This document shows, piece by piece, positions 41,362-50,748 of a DNA stretch of 64,000 nucleotides. The first letter of the stretch is position 1; each line of letters begins with the position of its first letter. The notes under the pieces are model-generated. The model was not told the DNA's origin, did no database searches, and saw only the letters and a list, made by a program, of their open reading frames with translations. The stretch comes from Bacteroidota bacterium (GTDB taxonomy: Bacteria; Bacteroidota; Ignavibacteria; UBA10030; UBA8401). The position numbers were made by a program, and so were the translations under genes. The stretch covers positions 22,473-86,472 of the forward strand of contig DATGXR010000208.1 of the NCBI GenBank assembly GCA_035298825.1, read 5' to 3'.

Positions 41362-43055
41362 TAGAATGTCCGTCCGCTGATCATGAGGAGATGTTCGATA
41401 ACCGGACCAAGCGACAACGCCGGGAAATATGTGAGTGCGCCGACGATGAGAATTGTCCCGACGAGGAGCACGGCGAACATCGTCGTGTCCGTGGGGAATG
41501 TGCCGGACGATGCCGGCGTGATTTTCTTTTTGGCAAGACTGCCGGCGATTGCAAGCATCGGCACGATAAACGCAAAGCGGCCGATCAGCATGGCGATGCC
41601 GAGTGTCACATTATAGAATGGCGTGTTCGCATTCAGTCCGGCGAATGCGCTGCCGTTATTGTTCGACGCGGATGTGAACGCGTACAGGATCTGCGAAAAG
41701 CCATGCGGTCCCGCGTTGCTGAGCGACGACAATCCCGCATTGGACGACGTCGCTGCGGCCGTCAGAATGAGCACGATCCCATTGACGAGGATCATGGCGA
41801 TCATCGCCATCTTTACTTCGTACGCCTCGATTTTTTTTCCGAGATACTCGGGCGTCCGTCCCACCATCAATCCCGCGATGAAGACGGTGAGCAGGATGAA
41901 TGCGATCATCCCATAGAGACCGGAACCGACGCCGCCGAAGATGATTTCGCCGAGTTTCATATTGACCATCGCGACCATGCCCGAAAGGGGCGAGAGGCTG
42001 TCGTGCATAGCATTGACCGATCCGTTCGACGCATCGGTCGTCGCCACAGACCAGAGCACGCTGTTCGTCACACCGAAGCGTGTCTCCTTGCCTTCCATGT
42101 TTCCGGCGACAGAGGTGACGGGATCGGGTTGATATTCAGACCAAAGCGACACGCCGAGGCCCGCAAGAAAGAGGAAGAGCATCACCCCCCAGACGACCCA
42201 GGCATGCCGCTTGGCATTGACGAGGATTCCGTACGTATAGACAAGCGCCGATGCGATGAGAAGAATCGAAAGCATCTCAAGAAAATTCGTGAACGGTGTC
42301 GGATTTTCGAACGGATGGGCGCTGTTGGCGCCGAAGAATCCGCCTCCGTTCGTGCCGAGCTGCTTGATCGCAATCTGGGAGGCGACCGGACCGAGCGGTA
42401 TGGTCTGCGTCGCGCCTTGCAGCGTCGTTGCCGTTGCCGACGAAGCGAATGTCTGCACGACGCCCTCGGAGATCAAAACGGCAGAAAGCAGAATGCTCAG
42501 CGGGAGCAGGACGTACACAGTCGAGCGGACAAGGTCCACCCAAAAATTTCCGATCTCATCAGTCATGCGGCGACTGAGTCCCCGGGCGAGCGCAAGCAGC
42601 ACGGCGATGCCTGTTGCGGCGCTCACGAAATTCTGCACAGTGAGTCCCGCCATTTGCACGAAGTTGCTCAATGTGACCTCGCCCGAGTACGATTGCCAGT
42701 TTGTATTCGTCATGAAGCTGACCGCCGTGTTGAATGCGAGATGCCACGACACGTTCGGCAGATGCGCGGCGTTCATCGGCAGCGACTCCTGAAAGAGCTG
42801 CATGAAAAAGAGGACGATGAATCCCGCGGCATTGAACGCGAACAACGACCACATGTACGTTTTCCAATTCATTTCGCGTCCGGGATCGATGCCCGAGATT
42901 TTGTATGTGATGGACTCCATCCATCCGAACACAGGATGCAGCACCGTTCGTTGTCCGCTGAACACCGTGGCGAAAAAGCGTCCGAGCAGCGGAGTGAGTG
43001 CAATCAGCGCCGCGACATATGCGGCGATCTGTATGATGTCGAGTGGCGTGAACAT
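41361..43055 (-). CDS. kdpA: K+-transporting ATPase subunit KdpA
   Basis: [27 protein letters not shown]...GLEDREILG.... 564-aa, 10-TM KdpA with selectivity-filter-like GTNGGG. Confidence 0.95.
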   Translation of the reverse strand: MFTPLDIIQIAAYVAALIALTPLLGRFFATVFSGQRTVLHPVFGWMESITYKISGIDPGREMNWKTYMWSLFAFNAAGFIVLFFMQLFQESLPMNAAHLPNVSWHLAFNTAVSFMTNTNWQSYSGEVTLSNFVQMAGLTVQNFVSAATGIAVLLALARGLSRRMTDEIGNFWVDLVRSTVYVLLPLSILLSAVLISEGVVQTFASSATATTLQGATQTIPLGPVASQIAIKQLGTNGGGFFGANSAHPFENPTPFTNFLEMLSILLIASALVYTYGILVNAKRHAWVVWGVMLFLFLAGLGVSLWSEYQPDPVTSVAGNMEGKETRFGVTNSVLWSVATTDASNGSVNAMHDSLSPLSGMVAMVNMKLGEIIFGGVGSGLYGMIAFILLTVFIAGLMVGRTPEYLGKKIEAYEVKMAMIAMILVNGIVLILTAAATSSNAGLSSLSNAGPHGFSQILYAFTSASNNNGSAFAGLNANTPFYNVTLGIAMLIGRFAFIVPMLAIAGSLAKKKITPASSGTFPTDTTMFAVLLVGTILIVGALTYFPALSLGPVIEHLLMISGRTF

Positions 43056-43056
43056 G

Positions 43057-43134
43057 TTAGAAGTTCTCCGGCTTGATCAATGTGTAGATCAGATATCCGA
43101 GAACAAGTGCAGCGATAATCGATGTCAGAATCAT
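43057..43134 (-). CDS. kdpF: KdpF small hydrophobic subunit (25 aa)
   Basis: Hand-translated, below the ORF-track size cutoff: MILTSIIAALVLGYLIYTLIKPENF. Its stop lies 1 nt before the kdpA ATG, and an AAGGA Shine-Dalgarno sits upstream. The ...LGYL.Y.L..PE.F pattern matches known KdpF peptides. Confidence 0.6.
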   Translation of the reverse strand: MILTSIIAALVLGYLIYTLIKPENF

Positions 43135-43405
43135 GAGGTGTCGTCCTTTGGCGTTGTTGATGGACGAAATATACTCCGACACGTGAGGAATGGCAATCAG
43201 CAGTGTATCAAAAGGCAGTGACGTTCCATAAAGATATTATCAAGGGAAAACCGGACGAAATAGGGGGAATACGATGTGTCGGGGTGATTGGAAAAAAACC
43301 GGGTGTGAGCGCGGCGGAGTGTGGGGATGAAGCATGACGATGGCGAAAATCGCACGCACTGCGTGTATCGATGAGGAGACACTGCCGAAGGATGGCGGGG
43401 TGTAT

Positions 43406-43690
43406 TTACACTGTCGTGTCGATATTCGGTTCAGGGATCGCGGTCACTTTCTTGCCTTTGACCGTGTAGCGCAGCGTACGTTTTTCTTTCGGCGTCGTCT
43501 CGCGCTTGACGGTGCGCTCCGGCTTCTCCTTTGGAACGATCTGTTCGAGGATCATTTGCACCTTGTGCTGCGTCTGTTTTTCGAGATAGGCGTGATGGGG
43601 CAGAGACTGTGTGCCGAGCTGCTGCTTTGCAGCATCGGCCTGGTTCACTGTCTGCGTCAAGGCGCTTCCGACTGAAGTTCCAACATTCAT
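43406..43690 (-). CDS. hypothetical small Lys/Glu/Thr-rich protein (94 aa) upstream of kdpF
   Basis: ORF with an AGGAG Shine-Dalgarno 9 nt upstream. Low-complexity C-terminus and no recognisable domain. Confidence 0.3.
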   Translation of the reverse strand: MNVGTSVGSALTQTVNQADAAKQQLGTQSLPHHAYLEKQTQHKVQMILEQIVPKEKPERTVKRETTPKEKRTLRYTVKGKKVTAIPEPNIDTTV

Positions 43691-43792
43691 AGTGACACTC
43701 CTGTATCATCACTATCGGCCTCTGGCGGGAATACTTGAGTCCCGAACACGAAAAAAAAAGATGAGAATGTAAAAAATTTTCGCGTCAGGGAC

Positions 43793-43821
43793 TTGACAAT
43801 CGGCCCTGTGTTTCGTATAAT
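43793..43821 (+). promoter_or_regulatory. sigma-70 consensus promoter for the tetR-efflux operon (TTGACA-N17-TATAAT)
   Basis: Exact TTGACA (43793-43798), a 17-nt spacer, and exact TATAAT (43816-43821), about 40 nt upstream of the TetR start. Confidence 0.6.
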
Positions 43822-43845
43822 GAATAGTGAATCATTATTCATTAT
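43817..43845 (+). promoter_or_regulatory. palindromic operator-like element overlapping the -10/+1 region (candidate TetR autoregulatory site)
   Basis: ATAATGAATA-gtgaatcat-TATTCATTAT with 10-bp perfect inverted arms. Confidence 0.5.
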
Positions 43846-43860
43846 AACAACGAGCATTCC

Positions 43861-44472
43861 ATGCGCACACTCGATCTCAACAAACGCAAGGCGATTCTTC
43901 AGGCTGGCATCAGCGTCTTTGCAGATGACGGATACCACACCGCCAAAATCGCAAAGATCGCGGAACTCGCCGGCGTCGCCACCGGCAGCATCTATCGCTA
44001 TTATCCGAACAAGGAGGCGATCATCGTCGTGATTCTGGAGCAGCTCTGGGAGCAGCTGGCGGATGAGGTCCGGCAGCTTATCCATCGGACGGACCTCCAG
44101 CCGGTCGAGAAGCTCGAACTCATCATCGATCAGGTGTTCGATATCTTCACCGCCAATCCGTCTCTCGCCATCATTTTCGTGAACGAGCATCATCAGTTCA
44201 TGATGAAGGGCGCGGGTCGCGTCAAGGCGCTCTACGACGCATTTCTCGACTCATGCGAGCAGATCGTCCGAGAAGGCGTCGCGAGGCACATCTTCAATGC
44301 AAACGTCGACATCAAGATCTTCCGACACTATATCATCGGCGCATTCCGCCATCTGCTTCAGCAGTGGACGATGGATCCCGAGGGATTTCCGTTGAACAAG
44401 CTGCGGCAGAATCTGAAATTCATCATCAAGAACGGCATCATGCAGCATGCCGCTGCACACGCACACCGCTGA
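43861..44472 (+). CDS. TetR/AcrR family transcriptional regulator
   Basis: N-terminal HTH ...ILQAGISVFADDGYHTAKIAKIAELAGVATGSIYRYYPNKEAII..., which is the TetR_N signature. Confidence 0.9.
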   Translation: MRTLDLNKRKAILQAGISVFADDGYHTAKIAKIAELAGVATGSIYRYYPNKEAIIVVILEQLWEQLADEVRQLIHRTDLQPVEKLELIIDQVFDIFTANPSLAIIFVNEHHQFMMKGAGRVKALYDAFLDSCEQIVREGVARHIFNANVDIKIFRHYIIGAFRHLLQQWTMDPEGFPLNKLRQNLKFIIKNGIMQHAAAHAHR

Positions 44473-44564
44473 TCCGGTTTTTCGGATCAGAAATTGGTCA
44501 CACTGAAAAAAAAACGCTCCACGCAGTGAATGGCATCGTCAACAAGAAAAAGGGAACAACGCTC

Positions 44565-46046
44565 ATGAACTTGAGAAACATCCGGCGTCTCGCACTCGGT
44601 GCGGCGCTCGCCCTGATAGCATCGGACGCGGCTCCGGCCCAGACGCTCACACTCGACGAGGCGATACGATCGGCGCTTCAGAAGAACGAACGCATCGGCC
44701 AGTATGAGGAACGACTTGAACAGAAGGAATACGGCAACAAGGAAGCGTGGGGCAATTTTCTGCCCTCGCTGAATTTTACGGCAAGCTACACGCATCTGAA
44801 CGATCCGATTAAAATCGATCTTGAACCGGTGCGCCAGGCGATGATGACGTTGCAGGCCGGCACGCAGACCGAGTTCGCGAATGTCTATAACCTCCTGCAG
44901 GGCAAGCCCGCCCTCACACCGGCGCAGCGCGCGGCCGTGACCGAGGCGAATTTCAAGGGCCTCGACCAGAAACTCCCGCTGTTTGTCGAGCAGGTGAAGG
45001 CGCAGGATTACAAGACCGGCACATTCGTCGCGACGCAGCCGCTGTTTCTCGGCGGCAAGCTGCTTGCGGCAAAGCGGTATGCGTCGTCCGAATTGCGCTC
45101 GGCCGAATACGATCTTCAAAAGACGCGCAATGAGATCGTGCAGGAAACCGTCACGAATTATCTCGCTGTCGTGCTGCTGACTGAGGTCGTGGCGACAAGG
45201 GAGGAAGTGCTCGCCGGCATGACGCGCCACGAGACGCAGGCGAAAAAATTGTTCGCCGAAGGACTCATCGCCAATCATCAGGTGATGCGCGCCGAAGTCG
45301 CCGTGGCCGATGCGGAACGGAATCTGATGGACGATTCGAACAGGCTCGAGCTTGCCCGCATCGCGCTTCGCGCCTCGATCGGCATGCAGCCCGACGAACC
45401 CGTCACCGTGATGGAGTCGCTGTCGTACCGCAAGACGGACGATACGCTCTCGACGTATGAGGCGGGTGCGATGACGCATCATCCCATCTTGCTGATGCTG
45501 GCCGAGAAGCGTGAAGCGGCCGCGCAGAATTACAACGTTCAGCGTTCCGAATTCCTGCCGCAGATTGCGGCGTTCGGGAAGTACGAAGTGTATCCCCAAT
45601 ATCTCTCGATCCTCGAGCCCCGGTGGGCGGTCGGCGTGCAGCTGAGCGTGAATCTCTTCAGCGGGTTTAAAAAATATTCGAAACTCGAATCGGCCGTGCA
45701 TCTCGAACGCGAGGTGGAACATCTCGAAGCCGATACGAAGCGGAAGATCGATCTGCTCGTCAACAAGAATTATCGCGAACTGACGAACGCGCGCAGCCGG
45801 TACATCCGGCTCAGGAAAAATATCCGCCTTGCCGAAGAGAATCTGCGCCTCATGCAGAACCGGTTCGAAACAGGGCTCGGCACGTCGCTCGATGTCATCG
45901 ATGCTCAGCTCGTGCTCGAAAAGAACCGCATCGAGAGCAAGACATCGCTCTTCGAGTATTACAAGGCGATGACTGAATTGTATGCCGCCGTCGGCGAACC
46001 CGAAAAAGTATTAACAATCTGGAATGCAAAAGGAGAAGAGCAATGA
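44565..46046 (+). CDS. TolC-like outer-membrane efflux protein (OEP family)
   Basis: Signal peptide MNLRNIRRLALGAALALIASDAAPAQTLTLDEAIRSALQKNERI... and two OEP repeats. Start at the internal ATG 44565, which has an AAGGGA Shine-Dalgarno; the ORF track starts at 44253 inside tetR. Confidence 0.85.
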   Translation: MNLRNIRRLALGAALALIASDAAPAQTLTLDEAIRSALQKNERIGQYEERLEQKEYGNKEAWGNFLPSLNFTASYTHLNDPIKIDLEPVRQAMMTLQAGTQTEFANVYNLLQGKPALTPAQRAAVTEANFKGLDQKLPLFVEQVKAQDYKTGTFVATQPLFLGGKLLAAKRYASSELRSAEYDLQKTRNEIVQETVTNYLAVVLLTEVVATREEVLAGMTRHETQAKKLFAEGLIANHQVMRAEVAVADAERNLMDDSNRLELARIALRASIGMQPDEPVTVMESLSYRKTDDTLSTYEAGAMTHHPILLMLAEKREAAAQNYNVQRSEFLPQIAAFGKYEVYPQYLSILEPRWAVGVQLSVNLFSGFKKYSKLESAVHLEREVEHLEADTKRKIDLLVNKNYRELTNARSRYIRLRKNIRLAEENLRLMQNRFETGLGTSLDVIDAQLVLEKNRIESKTSLFEYYKAMTELYAAVGEPEKVLTIWNAKGEEQ

Positions 46047-47023
46047 AACTGAAAAAGCATCACATGATTCTGGCGGTCCCCGCGCTCATCGTTACAACTG
46101 CACTGATCGTTCTGCTCGTGAAGGCCGCATCGCCCGAAGAGACAATCATCACCGGCATGGCCGAAGCCACAGAGATCGATGTGGCATCGAAGATACCCGG
46201 CCGCATCGACACCGTTCTCGTACGCGAAGGCGATGTTGTCACGAAAGGCCAGCTCCTCGCCGTGCTCGAAAGCAAGGAAGTTGCCGCGAAGGTCGAACAG
46301 GCGCGCGGTGCGATGGACGCGGCGCGTGCGCGTATGTCAATGGCACAGCGCGGCGCCCGTCCCGAGGAAAAGGAAGCGGTGAAGAAGCTCTACGAACAGG
46401 CGACGTCGCAGTTCGAACTTGCGCAAAAAACCTGGAAGCGCGTCGAGAAGGTGTACAAAGACAGTCTCATCAGCACGCAGGAACGCGATCAGGCCGAATT
46501 CCAGTTCAAGGCTGCGCGCGACCAGATGGACGCGGCCAAGGCGAAATACGACATGGTGATGAACGGCGCGCGCCCCGAAGAGATCGACGGCGCCCGGTCG
46601 CTCTTCCATCAGGCCGAAAATGCGTACAACGAAGCCATGGCATACAACGGTGAGACACGCATCGTCAGCCGGACGAACGGCGAAATCACGAAACGAATCG
46701 TCGATGCGGGAGAAATGGCCGCCGCCGGTTATCCGATCTTCACCATCCTCGATCCGACAGATATCTGGATCACGCTGCAGGTGCGCGAGGACCAGATGGG
46801 ACGGATCAAAAAAGGCATGAGCATGAAAGGATCCGTCCCCGCGCTCGGCAACCTGACGTGCGAATTCGAAGTCACGTCAATCGCCGCAATGGGCGAGTAC
46901 GCGTCGTGGCGTCCCACACGGCAAAAGGGCGAATTCGATCTCAAGACATTCGAGATCAGGCTGCGCCCGACATCGCCGCTTGCCGGACTCCGTCCCGGAA
47001 TGTCGGTCAATATCGCATTGTGA
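46043..47023 (+). CDS. HlyD-family membrane-fusion / periplasmic adaptor protein
   Basis: N-terminal TM anchor, coiled-coil hairpin (...KVEQARGAMDAARARMSMAQRGARPEEKEAVKKLYEQATSQFELAQK...) and a beta-barrel C-terminus. Overlaps the tolC-like gene by 4 nt. Confidence 0.9.
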   Translation: MKLKKHHMILAVPALIVTTALIVLLVKAASPEETIITGMAEATEIDVASKIPGRIDTVLVREGDVVTKGQLLAVLESKEVAAKVEQARGAMDAARARMSMAQRGARPEEKEAVKKLYEQATSQFELAQKTWKRVEKVYKDSLISTQERDQAEFQFKAARDQMDAAKAKYDMVMNGARPEEIDGARSLFHQAENAYNEAMAYNGETRIVSRTNGEITKRIVDAGEMAAAGYPIFTILDPTDIWITLQVREDQMGRIKKGMSMKGSVPALGNLTCEFEVTSIAAMGEYASWRPTRQKGEFDLKTFEIRLRPTSPLAGLRPGMSVNIAL

Positions 47024-47049
47024 TCAAATTTTTTTTCGAAGGCCTTGTT

Positions 47050-48249
47050 ATGATGCTCGATGCTTCGTCACCCATTGTGCGCGTGATGCGAAGGGAATTC
47101 ACACGCATCACTGAACGGAAAACACTTTCGCTGCTCTCGATCGGACTGCCCATCGTGCTGTTCGTGCTCCTCGCGTCCATCTACAAGAACGCGCTTGTGC
47201 GCGATCTGCCGGTGGCGGTCTGCGACGACGATCGCTCGGAACTGTCTCGCCTCGTGATCCGCTCCATTGAGTCGACAAGCTCGATGAGCGTCGTGCTGCA
47301 AGCCGGATCAATGGCCGAAATGAGCGAGTTCATTCGTCAGGGAAAAGTTCAGGCGGGATTTTATATTCCGCGAAGGTTCGAATCCGACGTGAAGGGCGGC
47401 TCCTACTCGACAGTCACTGTCGTGAAAAACACGTTCAATCTCATCATCGGCAACATGATCCTGAAGGATGCCGCGACGATCCTCAAGACAATCTCCGGCG
47501 GCGTCGTGCTGAAGAAAATGAAATCGAAGGGCATGAGCGACGAGCAGGCGATGAACATCGTGAGTCCGATCCGGCTCGACACGCAGGTGCTCTACAATCC
47601 GAATTACAGTTATTTGAATTTTCTCATTCCGCCGCTGCTGCCTGTCGTGCTGCAGATGGTCATCATGGTCGCCGGAGCGCTCATTATCAGTTCCGAATTT
47701 ACGCATGGCACGTTTTCAGAACTTGTCGAAGCGGGCAAGGGCAGCGTGTGCGCTGTCTATTTCGGGAAGGCGCTTCCTCATCTCGCGCTGCATTCGGCCA
47801 CGGCACTCGGCATCCTTGGCATCATCTTCCCGCTCTTTGGCGTCGAGATTGCCGGCTCGCTCGCGCTTGCCCTCGGCCTTCTTCTCTACTTCACGGCCGC
47901 ATCGCTTGCTCTTGCGCTTGCCGTGTCGAGTCTGTTTCAGGATCAGCAGAAGGCGACTGAGATTTCAGTATTTCTCGTCACTCCGGCATTCGCATTCAGC
48001 GGACTCACATTTCCGCTTTGGGCGATGCCTGCTCTGCCCGCGTGGTACGCGCAGACGATGCCGTTCACGCCGTTCCTCAATGCATTTTTAAAACTTTCTC
48101 AGATGAATACGCCGATCGCATATATCGTTCCCGAACTGCTTCACCTCTCCGCATTTTTATTCATCTCGATGGCCGTCTCGATGTTCGCGATACGCCGACA
48201 GATCCGTCTGCTCACGGCAGCAGACGTGAAGAAGGAGGCTGTCGCATGA
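47050..48249 (+). CDS. ABC-2 type transporter permease (YhhJ/YbhS-like)
   Basis: 6 TM helices after a large extracytoplasmic N-terminal loop, the typical ABC2_membrane_3 architecture. Confidence 0.8.
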   Translation: MMLDASSPIVRVMRREFTRITERKTLSLLSIGLPIVLFVLLASIYKNALVRDLPVAVCDDDRSELSRLVIRSIESTSSMSVVLQAGSMAEMSEFIRQGKVQAGFYIPRRFESDVKGGSYSTVTVVKNTFNLIIGNMILKDAATILKTISGGVVLKKMKSKGMSDEQAMNIVSPIRLDTQVLYNPNYSYLNFLIPPLLPVVLQMVIMVAGALIISSEFTHGTFSELVEAGKGSVCAVYFGKALPHLALHSATALGILGIIFPLFGVEIAGSLALALGLLLYFTAASLALALAVSSLFQDQQKATEISVFLVTPAFAFSGLTFPLWAMPALPAWYAQTMPFTPFLNAFLKLSQMNTPIAYIVPELLHLSAFLFISMAVSMFAIRRQIRLLTAADVKKEAVA

Positions 48250-49427
48250 AACGCAAACTGACCGGCTTCGCCGCCGTGTTCGTGCGCGAAATGCGCTCGC
48301 TCATCGGCGATATGAACATCCGCATGATCGTGCTTGTGGCCCCTCTGTTGTATCCGCTCATGTACGGTTCCGTGTATTGGAACAAGACCGAAACCGATGT
48401 GCCGATCGTCGTTGTCGATCAGGACCGCTCCGCGCTGTCGCGCGAATTCATACGCGACCTCGACGCGCATCAGCTCATCCGCGTGAGCGAAGTCGTGCAG
48501 GATGTTTCCGAAGCGCGCGACCGTCTCTATCGAATGGACGCGCAGGGGATCGTCATCCTTTCCGACAAATTTTCTTCGTCGCTGAAACAGGGGAAGGGCG
48601 CCGATGTGAAGGTGCTGCTGAATACGACGAAATTTCTTCCATCGAATGATCTGAACAAGGCGATCACATCGGTCGCGATGGCGCATGCGATCGGGATGCG
48701 CGTGAACGTCCTGCGCACGGCCGGCTACAGCCGTAAGCAGGCCGAGGAAATGTCCGATCCGGTGCGCGACGACATCCGTCCGCTGTTCAATGTGAACGAG
48801 ACATACGGCGACTTCCTCGTTCCCGGATTGTTCATCCTCATTCTCCAGCAGACGCTGCTGATCGGATTGTCCGAGTCGATCGCGAAGGAACGCGAGAACG
48901 GCACACTGGGAGAATTATTTCATACGGCGAACAACAGTCTGTGGGCCACGATGTCGGGCAAGGGGGCCATCTATCTGCTCCTGTATGCCGCGTATGCCGT
49001 GCTCTATGGCGTGGTGTATTTCCCGCTCTTTTCACTGCCGATGGCCGGAAGCATTTCGGCGCTCGTCGTCTCGACGGTGCTCTTTCTGCTGTCGGTCGTG
49101 TATCTCAGCATCTTTGTCTCGTCGTTCTTCACGCGCAAGATCATTGCGTTGCAGACGATCACATTTACGACATATCCATTCTTTTTCCTCTCCGGCTACA
49201 GCTGGCCCAAGACCGGACTGCCCGCGCCACTGCAGTGGTTCACAGAACTGCTCCCGAGCACGCATTATCTCACGGCAGCTGTGCGTCTCACACAGATGAA
49301 TGGCGGTTGGGGAGATGTCAGATCCGAGATTCTGTGGATGGCCGCGCTTGCAGCAGCCGGTTTCCTCTTCACGCGCATGCGCATGCGTGCGTTGCTGCGC
49401 TCCGAACTTCAGAAAAATCCCGCCTGA
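48246..49427 (+). CDS. ABC-2 type transporter permease (second paralogue)
   Basis: MKRKLTGFAAVFVREMRSLIGDMNIRMIVLVAPLLYPLMYG... with the same architecture. Start overlaps the previous stop (ATGA). Confidence 0.8.
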   Translation: MKRKLTGFAAVFVREMRSLIGDMNIRMIVLVAPLLYPLMYGSVYWNKTETDVPIVVVDQDRSALSREFIRDLDAHQLIRVSEVVQDVSEARDRLYRMDAQGIVILSDKFSSSLKQGKGADVKVLLNTTKFLPSNDLNKAITSVAMAHAIGMRVNVLRTAGYSRKQAEEMSDPVRDDIRPLFNVNETYGDFLVPGLFILILQQTLLIGLSESIAKERENGTLGELFHTANNSLWATMSGKGAIYLLLYAAYAVLYGVVYFPLFSLPMAGSISALVVSTVLFLLSVVYLSIFVSSFFTRKIIALQTITFTTYPFFFLSGYSWPKTGLPAPLQWFTELLPSTHYLTAAVRLTQMNGGWGDVRSEILWMAALAAAGFLFTRMRMRALLRSELQKNPA

Positions 49428-49691
49428 CCGGGCCAGAATCCGGTGGTTTTAAAAAAGTTGCTTTTGTGAAAATAAATACCGTAGTTTCCCATTCCATAGG
49501 GGGCGGTGAGAATTACAGACACAGGTGACATTTGGTGCCGATTTTCACCGGTTTTCAGCGGAGCGGTAACCGGTGCCGTACGATTGAACGGGAATGCGAA
49601 TGAAGGATGCGGCGGCTTGATAGAATGCCGCGAGTGGGGCAGGCGATGTTGCAGGGAGTCATTTATTCATTCACATTCAAGAGGAGGATGT

Positions 49692-50450
49692 ATGAAATTC
49701 GTATGCGCATTGCTCATCTTCGCCGTATTCCTGCCGGGAGCGGCATATTCAAGTGCAAACGGTATTACGGGACGGACTTTAAAGTCATCGGCGAACGGTT
49801 GCAGCTGCCATAATGCGACAGCGGCAAGCAGCGTGCTGGTGCTGATCTCGGGACCTGCTTCGCTTGCGCCGGGGAAGTCGGGAACATATACAGTCACCGT
49901 CGCCGACACAGTCGGGACAAAAGGAGGGGTGGATATCGCAACATCGGCAGGTACGCTTGCCCCGGTATCCACAATCCTGAAACTCAGCGGGGGTGAACTC
50001 ACTCATTCCGCCCCTGGTCCGGTGCCCTCTGTCTACACATTCACACTGACAGCGCCGGCAACAACCGGCCCGGTCACACTGTATGCGACAGCGAAAGGAT
50101 CCGCATTCTCCAATTGGAACTTCGCGCCGAATCTGACAGTGACCGTTTCTTCGACGACTGCGGTGTCGCCCGTCGGTTCCTTACCGACGTCGTACGCGTT
50201 GGAACAGAACTTTCCGAATCCCTTCAATCCCTCGACACAGATCCGGTTTTCTGTTCCGGAAGAACAGCAGGTTCGCCTGGCCGTCTATGACATTCAGGGA
50301 CGCCAGGTCGCACTGCTTGTCAACTCACGATTGCAGCCCGGCACGTACGCGGCAGAATGGAACGCACAGCATGCTTCAACCGGCGTGTACTTCTACAGGC
50401 TGACAGCAGGAACATTCACTGAAACCAAAAAACTTCTTCTGAACAAATAA
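49692..50450 (+). CDS. secreted protein with N-terminal signal peptide and C-terminal T9SS (Por-secretion) sorting domain; function unknown
   Basis: The C-terminal ~80 aa (LEQNFPNPFNPSTQIRFSVPEEQQVRLAVYDIQGRQVALLVNSRLQPGTYAAEWNAQHASTGVYFYRLTAGTFTETKKLLLNK) is a textbook Por_Secre_tail/TIGR04183 CTD. The N-terminus is MKFVCALLIFAVFLPGAAYSS with an AGAGGAGGA Shine-Dalgarno. The ORF track starts at 49506. Confidence 0.8.
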   Translation: MKFVCALLIFAVFLPGAAYSSANGITGRTLKSSANGCSCHNATAASSVLVLISGPASLAPGKSGTYTVTVADTVGTKGGVDIATSAGTLAPVSTILKLSGGELTHSAPGPVPSVYTFTLTAPATTGPVTLYATAKGSAFSNWNFAPNLTVTVSSTTAVSPVGSLPTSYALEQNFPNPFNPSTQIRFSVPEEQQVRLAVYDIQGRQVALLVNSRLQPGTYAAEWNAQHASTGVYFYRLTAGTFTETKKLLLNK

Positions 50451-50748
50451 TCATGCCCGCTCGTCCGCCGTCCACATGTCCGCTGCACAAGCGCATCTGA
50501 ACGGCGGACGCGGTGAATTTCAATAAAGACTATTTCATCGCCGCGCATCATGCAGGGCGAAATGCAATGTCGCCCATTCTTTTTAATACACGCCTCCACA
50601 TCGCAGATGCGCCTGCGCGGGAGCAACTTTCAGCCGTCAGATTCGTCATAATAAAGATGACGGATGAAACAAGTCCCCGTGCGATTCGTATATCTAACGA
50701 TTGTGCCACGGCACACACCTGTACACCGATGTTCAATTTCGCATACGT

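Noticed and set aside
49794-49812. GCSCHN in the T9SS cargo protein as a heme-c site
   Set aside because: The spacing is CxCH, not CxxCH or a known variant, so it is not a canonical heme-binding motif.
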